DNA of 64,000 bases from Candidatus Poribacteria bacterium. GTDB taxonomy: Bacteria; Poribacteria; WGA-4E; WGA-3G. Numbering within the stretch: the stretch's first letter is position 1; each line of letters opens with the position of its first letter. Positions 17,863-27,752 of the stretch are shown here, in pieces. The stretch covers positions 2,346,998 through 2,410,997 of the forward strand of contig OY764016.1 of the NCBI GenBank assembly GCA_963667805.1, given 5' to 3'. The position numbers and the translations under genes were made by a program. The notes beneath the pieces were generated by a model. The model was not told where the DNA came from. It did not search any database and saw only the letters and a list, made by a program, of their open reading frames with translations.

Positions 17863-18903
17863 ATGTATTATGAACAGGAACGGGATACATTAGCATTTTC
17901 GCATCAATTATATGCGGAGACCCCGCGTCAACTCGCATTTCAGGCGAGGAGCATTACAGAGGCAGAAGCCTGGCAGCGCGAACTTCGGGCAAAACTTATC
18001 GAATTAGTGGGTGGTTTTCCGCAGGAAACCTGCGACCTACACCCCCAAGTGCTGGATTCTTGCGAATTTCCCACCTATTTCCGCGAGACGGTGGAGTTTC
18101 AGAGTCGTCCACACGCCAACATTTTCGGGTATTTCCTTTCTCCGAAGCCTCTCGACAGTTCAACCCCGAACCCAACGATCCTCTGCTTAGCAGGGCACGG
18201 ACGCGGTGTAGATGATATTGTCGGAATCGAGGAAGATGGCACCCTGCGATCAGAATATGGCGGTTATCAGAACGACTTCGCGCTCCAATGCGTAGCAAAC
18301 GGGTACACCGTGCTTGCCATTGAACAATTCGGGTTTGGTCACCGACGGGATCCGATTGCGCACGAGAAGGGTGGCGGGAGTTCTTCATGTCAACCGAGTG
18401 CTGGTGCTGCGCTCCTCTTAGGCTATACAATGGTAGGGTGGCGGGTTTACGATGCGATGCGCGCCCTGGACTATCTGGCAACGCGCCCGGAGGTCGATAT
18501 GAACCGCATCGGCGTGATGGGAATATCTGGCGGTGGCACAACGACCTTCTTCACTGCCGCAATTGATGAACGGGTCAAGGCAGCCATTGTGAGCGGTTAC
18601 TTCAACACGTTTCGGGACAGTATCCTGAGCCTCAGCCATTGTATAGACAATTATATACCAAATGTGCTACAATATGCGGAAATGTACGACATCGCAGGGT
18701 TGATTGCACCGCGCGCCCTATTCGTTGAATCCGGGACGGAAGACACGATTTTTCCGATTGAAGCCACCCGCTTTGCGGTTAACGCGGCACAAGCAATTTA
18801 CAAATGCTTCGATGCTGAAGACAAATTAGGTCTTGAAGTATTTGAGGCAGGACATAGTTTCCACGGTGTTGGCGCATTTGAATTTCTTAAACAGGTGCTA
18901 TAA
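17863..18903 (+). CDS. alpha/beta hydrolase (dienelactone hydrolase / acetylxylan esterase-like)
   Basis: GISGGG nucleophile elbow, downstream Asp/His; start ATG 17863 exactly 11 nt after AAGGA of repeat module A. Confidence 0.65.
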   Translation: MYYEQERDTLAFSHQLYAETPRQLAFQARSITEAEAWQRELRAKLIELVGGFPQETCDLHPQVLDSCEFPTYFRETVEFQSRPHANIFGYFLSPKPLDSSTPNPTILCLAGHGRGVDDIVGIEEDGTLRSEYGGYQNDFALQCVANGYTVLAIEQFGFGHRRDPIAHEKGGGSSSCQPSAGAALLLGYTMVGWRVYDAMRALDYLATRPEVDMNRIGVMGISGGGTTTFFTAAIDERVKAAIVSGYFNTFRDSILSLSHCIDNYIPNVLQYAEMYDIAGLIAPRALFVESGTEDTIFPIEATRFAVNAAQAIYKCFDAEDKLGLEVFEAGHSFHGVGAFEFLKQVL

Positions 18904-18917
18904 ACAAGGAGAATAGA

Positions 18918-19712
18918 GTGGCAATTGAACTGTTTTCGATCGGCACGGAGTTAGTACTGGGTCAGATTCAGGACACCAACGCTCACTGGATTGCACAGCA
19001 AATCCTCCAGATTGGTGGCGAACTGAGGCGAGTCACAATGCTACGCGACGACCGCGAGGAAATGTCCGAGGCATTGGATTCGGCAATAGAACGGGAAACA
19101 TCGCTTATTCTTACAACAGGGGGTCTTGGACCTACACCCGACGATATGACCGTTGAGGTGGTGTCTTCACTCATCGACACGACCCCTGTAGTGAACGAAG
19201 AAACCGTCGCCGAATATCGGAGACGCCGAGAGATGTCAGAGAACGATGTCATCAATGAAGCCTTGATGAAAATGGCGACTGTGCCGGAAACGGCTGTCGT
19301 CTTGCAGAACCCTGCAGGATGGGCGCCCTGTATCAGCGTGGCACACAAGTCTTCTACCATCATGATGATGCCCGGTCCACCGCGCGAGATGAAGGCAATT
19401 TTTGAAACCCATATTCAACCCCTGATCGCAGAACGTTACCGCGCAGAAATTACAACGACGCGGGTGCACGTCAATATGTTTGAAGCCGAAGTTTCACCAC
19501 TGATGCAGAAAGTGATGGAACGCTACCCAGATGTCTATCTAAAGGCGTATGTCGCTCTCCGCGAAGCGGATGGGGACACAATGCCGGTCGATCTTGTTTC
19601 AACAAGCACGGACAAAGCGGATGCCGAAACGCAATTGGAACTCGCTACGTCTTACTTCCAAGAACTTGTTGTTGAAGTCGGCAAACGTTTCAGTTTCGAA
19701 GACGAATCATAA
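18918..19712 (+). CDS. CinA-like / MoaB-MogA molybdopterin-binding domain protein
   Basis: [25 protein letters not shown] and [11 protein letters not shown] motifs; GTG start after AAGGAGA. Confidence 0.7.
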   Translation: MAIELFSIGTELVLGQIQDTNAHWIAQQILQIGGELRRVTMLRDDREEMSEALDSAIERETSLILTTGGLGPTPDDMTVEVVSSLIDTTPVVNEETVAEYRRRREMSENDVINEALMKMATVPETAVVLQNPAGWAPCISVAHKSSTIMMMPGPPREMKAIFETHIQPLIAERYRAEITTTRVHVNMFEAEVSPLMQKVMERYPDVYLKAYVALREADGDTMPVDLVSTSTDKADAETQLELATSYFQELVVEVGKRFSFEDES

Positions 19713-19749
19713 ACGGACGCTGACAGTCCGTAAAAAGGAGATTTATACT

Positions 19750-20109
19750 GTGAATCGCAGACCTTCAGGAAATTCAAGGAGACCGCAGACGCGGCGGCCT
19801 AACCAGAAACGGAAGCCAAAACCTAAGAAACGACGAGATGCCGATGCCAAATTGGATACTGAAGTCCAGCCCGAAAGCGAAGAGCAACCCTCCTCTAAAA
19901 AGGATAAAATAGAGGTGGAAGGCACGGTCGTGGAACCTTTACCCAACGCGATGTTTCGCGTGGAATTGGAAAATAAGCATCAGATTCTCGCACATATTTC
20001 CGGCAGAATGCGAAAATTCTTCATCAAAATTTTGCCCGGTGATAAGGTGACTGTAGAACTCTCGCCTTACGATCTTACAAGGGGTCGTATTACCTACCGG
20101 AAAAAGTAG
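19750..20109 (+). CDS. infA: translation initiation factor IF-1 with about 47-aa basic N-terminal extension
   Basis: C-terminal 72 aa match IF-1 S1-like fold ([61 protein letters not shown]); GTG 19750 after AAGGAGA; N-terminal extension rich in R/K/P. Confidence 0.8.
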   Translation: MNRRPSGNSRRPQTRRPNQKRKPKPKKRRDADAKLDTEVQPESEEQPSSKKDKIEVEGTVVEPLPNAMFRVELENKHQILAHISGRMRKFFIKILPGDKVTVELSPYDLTRGRITYRKK

Positions 20110-20126
20110 TTCCAAATAGACTCGTA

Positions 20127-20147
20127 GGCGCGGTTTTTCCGCCGCGC
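20127..20147 (+). terminator. putative terminator hairpin downstream of infA
   Basis: GCGCGG-TTTTTCCG-CCGCGC GC-rich stem about 18 nt after stop. Confidence 0.4.
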
Positions 20148-20233
20148 ATCGGTCATCAATTTTCGTAAGCCTGAACACCCCAAACCATGCCCTGTTTACA
20201 AAACTGATTTTATCACGCTTTGGGATATTCATA

Positions 20234-21049
20234 ATGAAACCTGCCGGATTAATTCACGCCACTCTCGCCGCTGAAAAGGAAACAGCCCGACTCTTGGAGG
20301 CTATTGAAGCGAAACAGAGGCAGGTAGAAGAACTTACAATAGCAATCGAGACGTTAAGATCAGAAGTTGACGTATTTGAGAGACGCTACAACGCTCATAT
20401 CAGTCAATATTACCTCGAACTCGATAAAGTTGAACTCGAAATGAAGGCGTATCGCCTCCGTCTACAGCTGCGTCGAGAAAATGTAAACGAAGAAGAGATA
20501 GAAGCGCGGGTAGAATCATGTTTCAGGGCAAGCCGCGCACGTGTTGACGCTTATGAGGCAGTAAATGAAGCAGAACCAACGCCTCCAGCGGACAAACTTC
20601 CTGATGCCAAAGCGAAGCATTTACAAGACCTCTACCGCAAACTCGCCAAACGGTATCATCCAGACAAAACCATAGACATCGAGGAATCGGAACGACGCGA
20701 ACAACTCATGCCGCTCATTAACCGTGCCTATAACGAACACGACCTTGAGACCTTAGAGCGGTTAAGCCTCGGTGAAACAGAACTACATGTCCCTGAAAAA
20801 ACAGTGATTGAGAAGCGAAAAGCGTTACACACAGAACTGCGACAGCTTAACCGAGCCGCGAGCCACTTGCGATTTGAGATAAACCGACTCAAGACGGGAC
20901 GCACCTATCAACTGAAACAACAGGTAGAAACCGCCCAAAAAACGGGGACAGATCTCCTTACGACCCTTGCCAAAGATTTAGAGCGAAAAATCAAAGCAAG
21001 CCGAGGGCAACTCGCACGCCTCATGAATATGTGGCACCGTGCGCAATGA
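20234..21049 (+). CDS. J-domain-containing coiled-coil protein
   Basis: Internal J-domain-like segment LYRKLAKRYHPDK (HPD motif) flanked by predicted coiled coil. Confidence 0.5.
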   Translation: MKPAGLIHATLAAEKETARLLEAIEAKQRQVEELTIAIETLRSEVDVFERRYNAHISQYYLELDKVELEMKAYRLRLQLRRENVNEEEIEARVESCFRASRARVDAYEAVNEAEPTPPADKLPDAKAKHLQDLYRKLAKRYHPDKTIDIEESERREQLMPLINRAYNEHDLETLERLSLGETELHVPEKTVIEKRKALHTELRQLNRAASHLRFEINRLKTGRTYQLKQQVETAQKTGTDLLTTLAKDLERKIKASRGQLARLMNMWHRAQ

Positions 21050-21054
21050 AGGAT

Positions 21055-21143
21055 TTTAATTTTACCTTGCGGAAGAATAACGCGAGTTTAGATTTTGATG
21101 TGCTTTTCTAAGTACTCGCCTGCGCCGGTGTTGCAGGCTACGG
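21055..21143 (+). repeat. intergenic repeat family 1, short copy (A ... D)
   Basis: TTTTAATTTTACCTTGCGG 6 nt after TGA stop of 20234..21049; GTTGCAGGCTACGG at 21130..21143. Confidence 0.7.
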
Positions 21144-21170
21144 TTTTGGTGCGAATTGAAGGAAGGAATT

Positions 21171-21905
21171 ATGCAACTGAAAGATAAAGTCGTTATTATC
21201 ACGGGTGGAGGGCGCGGCATCGGCAGAGCCGTCGCTATCGCTTACGCCGCTGAAGGCGCACGGATTGTCATTGCGGCGCGAAGCACTGAACAACTTAACG
21301 AAGTCGCCAAAGAAATAACCAAGCAGGGCGGAGAAGTCCACACCGTGCCAACCGACTTGCGCAACCAGACAGACGTGGAAAACCTCGTTCAACAAACCGT
21401 CAACACGTTCGGTCGAATAGACATTCTCGTCAACAATGCCGGTATCAATCCGCGAGGTCCGTTCTTGGATAGCACAGACGCCGAGTGGGAACAGGGATGG
21501 CAGATTAACGTCATGGGTGTCGTGCGTTGCTGCCGCGCCGTGCTGCCGATCATGAAACAGCAGGGAAGTGGAAATATTATTAACGTCGGGTCGGGTATGG
21601 GACAGGTGGGTCGGTCAAACCTCAGCGTCTACTGCGCCTCGAAAGCGGCATTGCACGGGTTGACCCAATCGATTGCGGAAGAGGTCTGGGAGGACGGCAT
21701 CATCGCGAACGTGCTTATCCCCGGTCCCGTGAGAACGGAACTCTCAAAACCCGCGTGGGAGAATTCGGAAACCTTCAGGGCAGAAAGCGATCCATGGAAA
21801 GAACCCGAGCAGGTTGTGGCATCGGCACTGTTCCTCGCAGCGCAGCCGCCTGACAGTGGCATGACAGGTCAGATTCTGAGCATCATGCGTCGGAATAGTC
21901 CGTAA
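21171..21905 (+). CDS. SDR family oxidoreductase (short-chain dehydrogenase)
   Basis: TGGGRGIGRAVA cofactor motif, NNAG, catalytic YxxxK (YCASK). Confidence 0.85.
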   Translation: MQLKDKVVIITGGGRGIGRAVAIAYAAEGARIVIAARSTEQLNEVAKEITKQGGEVHTVPTDLRNQTDVENLVQQTVNTFGRIDILVNNAGINPRGPFLDSTDAEWEQGWQINVMGVVRCCRAVLPIMKQQGSGNIINVGSGMGQVGRSNLSVYCASKAALHGLTQSIAEEVWEDGIIANVLIPGPVRTELSKPAWENSETFRAESDPWKEPEQVVASALFLAAQPPDSGMTGQILSIMRRNSP

Positions 21906-21931
21906 GCGACAGGCGCTAAATACCACATTTT

Positions 21932-22984
21932 TTACAGCGGAAACGTGATACGCCGTCCCTCTTGTGCCGAGCGGTATGCCCCTAAAATCATCTCCACCGC
22001 AACCCTTCCATCTTCCACTGTGACATCGGGGTCTGTCCCGTTTTTCAAGCAGTCAATAAAAGGTCGAGGTACCCCACCAATCCGTTCGCCGTGACCCGCC
22101 GGGATTGGGATACCCAAATCCTTCCACAAGGGTTCATCACGCGTATACAACTTAAGTGCGACAGCATCTGCAGGGCGGGGGATATTGCATGAGGGTGCAT
22201 CGCCATAATTCTGAATGACCACGCCTTCATCACCATAGATTTCCGTGGTATTCTCTCCGGCGAGAGTCACAGATGTATTCAGCAGAATCGCCATCTCACC
22301 CCCTGCAAACCGATAGACAGCCAAGCCTGTGTCATCGGGTGCGACATCCGTCAAGATATTATCAATTTCGGCGATGACACTTGTCGGTTTCCCGAGCATC
22401 CAGTGGATAAAATCGGTTGCGTGAGAGGCATCATCCATGAACATCCCCATGTTTTTCTCCGGATCGATGTGCCAACGGCTGGGTCCCGTCACGAAGGCTT
22501 CACTAAACAATGCATTGATACAGTGTCGGCGACGCAGCACACCGATCTTTCCCAGAACGCCGCTGTCAATGAGTTCTTTCATTGCGATGTTTGCTGGATC
22601 GCGCCGCATCTGATGACCCATCATAAATTTCACACCCGCTTTCTCGACGCTCTCGGCAATGCGATCGCAATCTTCCAAGGTGAGCGCCATCGGTTTTTGG
22701 CAGAGGATATCCTTTCCTTCCGAGGCGGCTTCCACTACCATTTCTGCATGTCGATTCGTTTCAGACGTCACGATAACGGCGTGAATCTCCGGGTGGTTGG
22801 TAACATCTTCAAGGTGCGGTGAGTAACGCATGCCGTATTGCGTTGCCGCGGCTTCTCCACGCTCAACGTTATCGTCCCAACACGCAATGAGTTGAACATC
22901 GTCAAACGTCTGCATCTGGTTGCAGTATGCGTTGGCGTGTCCGTGTGCGAAACTGATGATGCCGATACCAATTTTCGTGTTCAT
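21932..22984 (-). CDS. Gfo/Idh/MocA family oxidoreductase
   Basis: IGIGIISFAHGHA N-terminus, LCQKP motif, family-typical C-terminal domain. Confidence 0.8.
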   Translation of the reverse strand: MNTKIGIGIISFAHGHANAYCNQMQTFDDVQLIACWDDNVERGEAAATQYGMRYSPHLEDVTNHPEIHAVIVTSETNRHAEMVVEAASEGKDILCQKPMALTLEDCDRIAESVEKAGVKFMMGHQMRRDPANIAMKELIDSGVLGKIGVLRRRHCINALFSEAFVTGPSRWHIDPEKNMGMFMDDASHATDFIHWMLGKPTSVIAEIDNILTDVAPDDTGLAVYRFAGGEMAILLNTSVTLAGENTTEIYGDEGVVIQNYGDAPSCNIPRPADAVALKLYTRDEPLWKDLGIPIPAGHGERIGGVPRPFIDCLKNGTDPDVTVEDGRVAVEMILGAYRSAQEGRRITFPL

Positions 22985-23127
22985 ATATTAACTTATCCAA
23001 TCTACGAGTATTTGTTGTGAATCTATTTCTGGGTTGAAAACCTGTAATCCTTCAGCACGCGCAGCGCGGAGAAGGCGTTGGTCTTAGGATACCACATAAA
23101 TCAGCGGATGTCACGTCAAGATTCGGA

Positions 23128-24780
23128 TCACTTCTCTAAAACGATCCGAACCTCCGTATCCGTGCCGTGCTCGCCAACACCCATCTCAGCAGTCATCGGA
23201 CCGAGAGACTCCAGCGGAAAGAGATTTTCTGTGATATGTCGCGTCCCTGTCGGGTCCAACTTCTGCCCTGAAAGCGATAGAAGTACCGTTAGGATCGGAA
23301 GGAAACGCTTCAATTCCGGCACGAACAACTTCGGTTGAACAAACGCTTGAATGCCACTTGCATCAGCGGAAAATGCTATATCCTCCAAGAGAGGTGCGTT
23401 ACCTGTCGTCGTATCAATCACAGACTTCAATCCTGATAGTGTTGTCCCCAAGACGAAATAGTCGTCAACGATTGCGTATCCACCCGTAACGGCTAATAGG
23501 AAATTGAGTCGGAGCTGCACGGGTTGCAGCGTGACACCCTTGTAATCCTGCCGTTCAAGGTATTCAAGCGGTTTGCCGGCAATTGCGGGCTTTCCGTGCT
23601 TCACGATTCCCAAAATCTCGTTTAGGACATCGGGAGCCTTCGCATGCGCCAGCAAAACCAACGTAGGCACAACCGACACTTCACCCGGATCAGGAGCAAC
23701 CAACAAGACGGTTAAGTCCGCACCCAAAATCTCGGAGAGATCTATATCGCCAAAGAGCGCTTGCATCTGTTTCAGAATAGGAAGCGAAGCGACAAAGGCA
23801 GTGCGTTCGGGAAAAGCAAGGAACGGTTTCGCGTTGTCCGCAGTCGGCAGATGAGAAAGGTTGGCGTCAACACTGTTTCGGAACCGATGTCGTGACACAA
23901 TCACACCGTCTTCATACCGGTTGCTGAACGTCCAAGTTCCTGAATTCCCAAACCACCCCAAAATCTGTTTGACAAGCACATCGGAACGCATACTATCGAA
24001 CAAGGGAGTAAATTGCTGCATATCCACATACCCAGTATTTTTGTCCCTATTATAATCGTCCTGTATATCCACCGCCATGGGATGTGCAGCGAGAAATCCT
24101 TGATTTTTCGGATCAGTTTTAGTTTCAGAAAGCTCGGTATAGAGGTCAAGCGTCTCAGCCAATAACAACGGGTCGAGGGTTAAAATACCAATTCTGCCGA
24201 TGAAAGTATAACTAAAATTGCGTGGATACCCTATGATGGTATTAATCGTGAATCCGCTGTAATCGGTTTGAATGCGCTCGTATTTTGGGTTGATTGCATC
24301 CGTTGCTGTAATCGCTTCAATACTCAGTTTTTCCTGTGCGCCTACTGCAGAGATAAGCAGAAACGAGAGTTCTCCTTCACGTCGATACAGGGCAAGAATG
24401 GCTTCCTCCCCAAAATAGCCCGTAATCGTCTTCAGGTCGAGTCTACCCCCCATTTCGTATTCCCAGAGCTGCTTCTGATAGACGAGTTGTTCCCACCATC
24501 GCTGCTTCTGAATCTCAGTGAGAATCGGCATCTTAGCCGTCTGTTTTCCGAATTCACTGCGATTGAAAGTTTCCACCACGCCTTTTAATTCTTTGAGTGT
24601 CAAATAGCAGATTGGAGACCTGGGGAGTAATGTAATAAGATGCTGTTCCGGTTCCCACAGCGCGGTCCGGTGATAGATAATGGATAGCAAAATGATAACC
24701 CCAATAAGAACGATTAGACTGATGAAAGCAATTCTTTTAATTTTTCCTTGTGGGTCGGTCAGGGAACTTAGAACTTTCAT
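23128..24780 (-). CDS. hypothetical membrane-anchored protein (N-terminal TM helix, about 550 aa)
   Basis: Single N-terminal TM (IAFISLIVLIGVIILLSII) then large soluble domain; annotated ATG 24780 makes first 16 codons derive from repeat modules A/B, so true start is uncertain. Confidence 0.5.
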   Translation of the reverse strand: MKVLSSLTDPQGKIKRIAFISLIVLIGVIILLSIIYHRTALWEPEQHLITLLPRSPICYLTLKELKGVVETFNRSEFGKQTAKMPILTEIQKQRWWEQLVYQKQLWEYEMGGRLDLKTITGYFGEEAILALYRREGELSFLLISAVGAQEKLSIEAITATDAINPKYERIQTDYSGFTINTIIGYPRNFSYTFIGRIGILTLDPLLLAETLDLYTELSETKTDPKNQGFLAAHPMAVDIQDDYNRDKNTGYVDMQQFTPLFDSMRSDVLVKQILGWFGNSGTWTFSNRYEDGVIVSRHRFRNSVDANLSHLPTADNAKPFLAFPERTAFVASLPILKQMQALFGDIDLSEILGADLTVLLVAPDPGEVSVVPTLVLLAHAKAPDVLNEILGIVKHGKPAIAGKPLEYLERQDYKGVTLQPVQLRLNFLLAVTGGYAIVDDYFVLGTTLSGLKSVIDTTTGNAPLLEDIAFSADASGIQAFVQPKLFVPELKRFLPILTVLLSLSGQKLDPTGTRHITENLFPLESLGPMTAEMGVGEHGTDTEVRIVLEK

Positions 24781-24897
24781 GTGCCTTTCCGTATATCTGA
24801 AAAAATGCCCAAGCAATACGCAGAAATACCCAAGCAAAAACACCCCTCCGCTACGCTTACGGGCTACGGGTTTATTTTTTTTAATTCTTCCTTGCGG
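24735..24897 (+). repeat. intergenic repeat family 1, composite copy (A-B-C-A')
   Basis: TTTTAATTTTTCCTTGTGGGTCGG (24735..24758), CCTTTCCGTATATCTGAAAAAA, ...CTACGCTTACGGGCTACGGG, second A TTTTTTTTAATTCTTCCTTGCGGG (24875..24897); first A lies inside annotated N-terminus of minus-strand gene. Confidence 0.75.
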
Positions 24898-25062
24898 GAT
24901 TGTCATTTGATTATAGCACACCCAGTTTCGGTAAACAATCAAATTGACGAGAGATTTGGTGTGCGTCTGAAGCGCGATTGCAGTCTGTCCAGCCGCAGCC
25001 GTAAAAAACTTGCCTGCAGCTGAAAAATGATGTAAAATATTAAAGTTATCTTATGAAAGAGG

Positions 25063-26949
25063 GTGAACACCGTTCCGACCAAAGATCTCAGAATTCGGCC
25101 ATTCACTATTTTCCTTATCTGCGTGTTAGTGCCTGCCAACTGTTGGTGGGTGTCCGCCTCCATTATCCGTGGTGGTGGCAGTCCGACGCAGGTTTCACTT
25201 TTCTACAACGCCGTTATTACCATTTTAATCCTACTCGGCATCGGCGTCCTTTTACGCCGTTTGCATCACGCGCTCGCGCTGAACCGCGCTGAATTGCTCG
25301 TCATCTACACTTGCATTTCAGTAGGGGCGGGGCTTGCAGGTGTGGACCGATTCCTTGTCCTCATGCCGATTATCGGGCACGCGCACTGGTTCGCAACACC
25401 GGAGAACGACTGGGCAAACCTGTTCCATCTACACGTCCCACACTGGTTGGCTGTCAGCGATAAACGTGTGCTTGAGGGATACTACCACGGGTTCGCGAGT
25501 ATCTATGAATCGCGTTACTTGACGGCATGGCTCCCCGCGATCTTATGGTGGACCCTCTTTCTGGTCGCTATCCATCTCGTGATGCTCTGCCTCAGTCTGC
25601 TTTTTCGGAAGCAGTGGGTCGAATCAGAGCGACTCAGTTACCCCATCATCCAATTGCCCTTTGAGATGACGACACGCACCCGGAATTTCTTCCGTTCACC
25701 CTGGATGTGGCTCGGACTTTCGATCGGTGTCTCCATCGACATCATCAATGGGTTAAACTTCCTGTTCCCTGTCGTTCCGAGTCTCGGCGGCAAATTATAT
25801 GATCTGCGAAAGATCTTCACAGAACGTCCGTGGAACGGTATCGGCTGGAGTCCGTTGGGTGTCTTCCCGTTCGGCGTAGGGCTTTCGTTCTTTATACCCT
25901 TGGATCTCTCCTTTTCGTGTTGGGCATTCTGGTTAATCTGGCGGGCAGAACGGTTGTTAGGGGTTATCGCCGGATGGCGGGGACTGCCGCGGTTCCCTTA
26001 CGAAGCCGAACAATCCCACGGTGCATATCTGGGACTGTGTGTGGTGGCGATATGGATGAGCCGACGCTATTTGAAGGGCGTTTTACATCAACTCGTGTCC
26101 CCAAAATCAGACGAACCCGTTTCATACCGCCTGATTGTTCTCGGATTTCTCAGCGCATCGGCGTTTATCGTCGGATTCTGCCTCAAGATGGGGATGAGCT
26201 TCTGGATCATTATGGTCTACTTCGCCATCTGGTTCGCAATCGCAATGGCGATTACGCGTTTACGCGCCGAACTCGGTTCACCGGTGCACGACTTGCACTT
26301 CATTGGGCCCGATGAAATGTTGCCACGCTTAATGGGGATTCGCCGATTGGGTGCCGTGAACCTAACGGGATTCGCTTACCTGTATTGCTTGAACCGTGCC
26401 CATCGTTCACACGCCATGCCACACCAACTCGAAGGCTTTAAACTGGCGGAGGGTGCCAATATTCCGCTGCGACGGTTTGCGATTCTCATGATGCTGGCTT
26501 CCGCCTTGGGCGCGCTCGGTTCATTCTGGGCATATCTGTCCATGTATTACTCGGAGGGCGGTTTCGCAGGATTCGGACGAGAATCCTTTAATCGGTTAGA
26601 AACATGGCTCACCTACGCCGCGCCGCCGGATGTCCCTGCGATTGGTTTCGCATCTTTCGGCTTCGTCTTGACGTTGCTCCTCGCTGCAATGCGGATGCGA
26701 TTCATCTGGTGGAATTTACACCCGGTTGGCTATGCTATCTCCGGGAGTTGGGCAATTAATCCGATGGTCGGTTCTATTTTTGTGGGATGGCTGCTGAAAT
26801 GGCTTGTGCTGAAATATGGTGGCCTCCACCTGCATCGGAAAGCCGTTCCGTTTTTCCTCGGTATTGTGCTCGGTGAGTTCGTGATCGGCTCGTTCTGGAG
26901 TCTCCTCGCCGTTACACTCGATAAACCGATGTATCGCTTCCTTTTTTAG
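25063..26949 (+). CDS. uncharacterized polytopic membrane protein (paralog of 32397..34373)
   Basis: 628 aa, at least 12 TM helices; collinear similarity to downstream paralog (e.g. WNLHPVGYAISGSW...LVLKYGGLHLHRKAVPFFLGIVLGEF vs WKLHPIGALLITSY...TVLKFGGVTLYRKLRPFVLGIVLGEC); GTG start. Confidence 0.6.
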   Translation: MNTVPTKDLRIRPFTIFLICVLVPANCWWVSASIIRGGGSPTQVSLFYNAVITILILLGIGVLLRRLHHALALNRAELLVIYTCISVGAGLAGVDRFLVLMPIIGHAHWFATPENDWANLFHLHVPHWLAVSDKRVLEGYYHGFASIYESRYLTAWLPAILWWTLFLVAIHLVMLCLSLLFRKQWVESERLSYPIIQLPFEMTTRTRNFFRSPWMWLGLSIGVSIDIINGLNFLFPVVPSLGGKLYDLRKIFTERPWNGIGWSPLGVFPFGVGLSFFIPLDLSFSCWAFWLIWRAERLLGVIAGWRGLPRFPYEAEQSHGAYLGLCVVAIWMSRRYLKGVLHQLVSPKSDEPVSYRLIVLGFLSASAFIVGFCLKMGMSFWIIMVYFAIWFAIAMAITRLRAELGSPVHDLHFIGPDEMLPRLMGIRRLGAVNLTGFAYLYCLNRAHRSHAMPHQLEGFKLAEGANIPLRRFAILMMLASALGALGSFWAYLSMYYSEGGFAGFGRESFNRLETWLTYAAPPDVPAIGFASFGFVLTLLLAAMRMRFIWWNLHPVGYAISGSWAINPMVGSIFVGWLLKWLVLKYGGLHLHRKAVPFFLGIVLGEFVIGSFWSLLAVTLDKPMYRFLF

Positions 26950-27020
26950 TGGTTATCGGAAACTGTCGGCGGTCAGTCATACATTAAAAAGGCGTTGTTA
27001 TTTTTTCTGTTTATGGTATA

Positions 27021-27722
27021 ATGTTAAAAACGCAATATCTTGGAAGAAAACGAGTGGAATTGCAGCAGAAAGCGGAACTTATATCAGAAGCACTGGAAGA
27101 TTTATTCGGCGTACCGACCCGCGAAGGCGCAGGAGATGTGTTAGAATGCCTTATCCTGACAATCCTGTCGCAAAATACGACAGATGTGAGTCGCGACAAG
27201 GGATATATCGTGCTGAAAGATCGTTTTCCAACGTGGGAGGACGTCCTACACGCCGATGTCAAAGCGATAGAGGCAGCAATAAGGATCGTTGGACTCGGAG
27301 AACAGAAAAGTCGGACGATTAAAAACTTCCTGACGTGGCTCAAAGCCGAACATGGGGAACTCTCACTGGAGTTCATGCACGGTATGGAAACAGAGGAAGC
27401 CTTAGCGTTCCTGTGTCAACACAAAGGTATCGGTATCAAAACCGCATCCGTTACCCTCTCCTTCGCGTGTGGTCGGGAGGTCTTCCCAGTTGATACACAC
27501 ATCCTGCGAATTTCTAAACGCCTCGGATTGATTCCACCGAATTGCAGCGCAGAGAAGGCACATCAACTCTTACCGCCGATTGTGCCCAAGCAGAAGGCGT
27601 ATCCGTTCCATATAAACCTGATTTACTTCGGTAGAAAAATCTGTGATGCCCGAAAACCGTTATGTGAACGGTGTCCATTGACAGAACACTGCCTCTACTT
27701 TAGAGAGAACGCAGAAACGTAG
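27021..27722 (+). CDS. nth: endonuclease III (HhH-GPD base excision repair glycosylase with 4Fe-4S)
   Basis: HhH-GPD region (LCQHKGIGIKTASVTL, VDTHILRI), C-terminal CX6CX2CX5C cluster (CDARKPLCERCPLTEHC). Confidence 0.85.
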   Translation: MLKTQYLGRKRVELQQKAELISEALEDLFGVPTREGAGDVLECLILTILSQNTTDVSRDKGYIVLKDRFPTWEDVLHADVKAIEAAIRIVGLGEQKSRTIKNFLTWLKAEHGELSLEFMHGMETEEALAFLCQHKGIGIKTASVTLSFACGREVFPVDTHILRISKRLGLIPPNCSAEKAHQLLPPIVPKQKAYPFHINLIYFGRKICDARKPLCERCPLTEHCLYFRENAET

Positions 27723-27752
27723 GCAGCACTTCCCTGTATCGGAGGGAACATA

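Noticed and set aside
21047-21075. Integron attC-like site (imperfect inverted repeat overlapping cassette stop codons)
   Set aside because: No integrase, no core GTTRRRY sites, neighbouring genes are housekeeping, and the element is also found at start codons.
27015-27023. TATAAT overlapping the nth start codon as evidence for a leaderless transcript
   Set aside because: A single hexamer match in AT-rich sequence. Spacing to the ATG is wrong for a transcription start site at the A of ATG.
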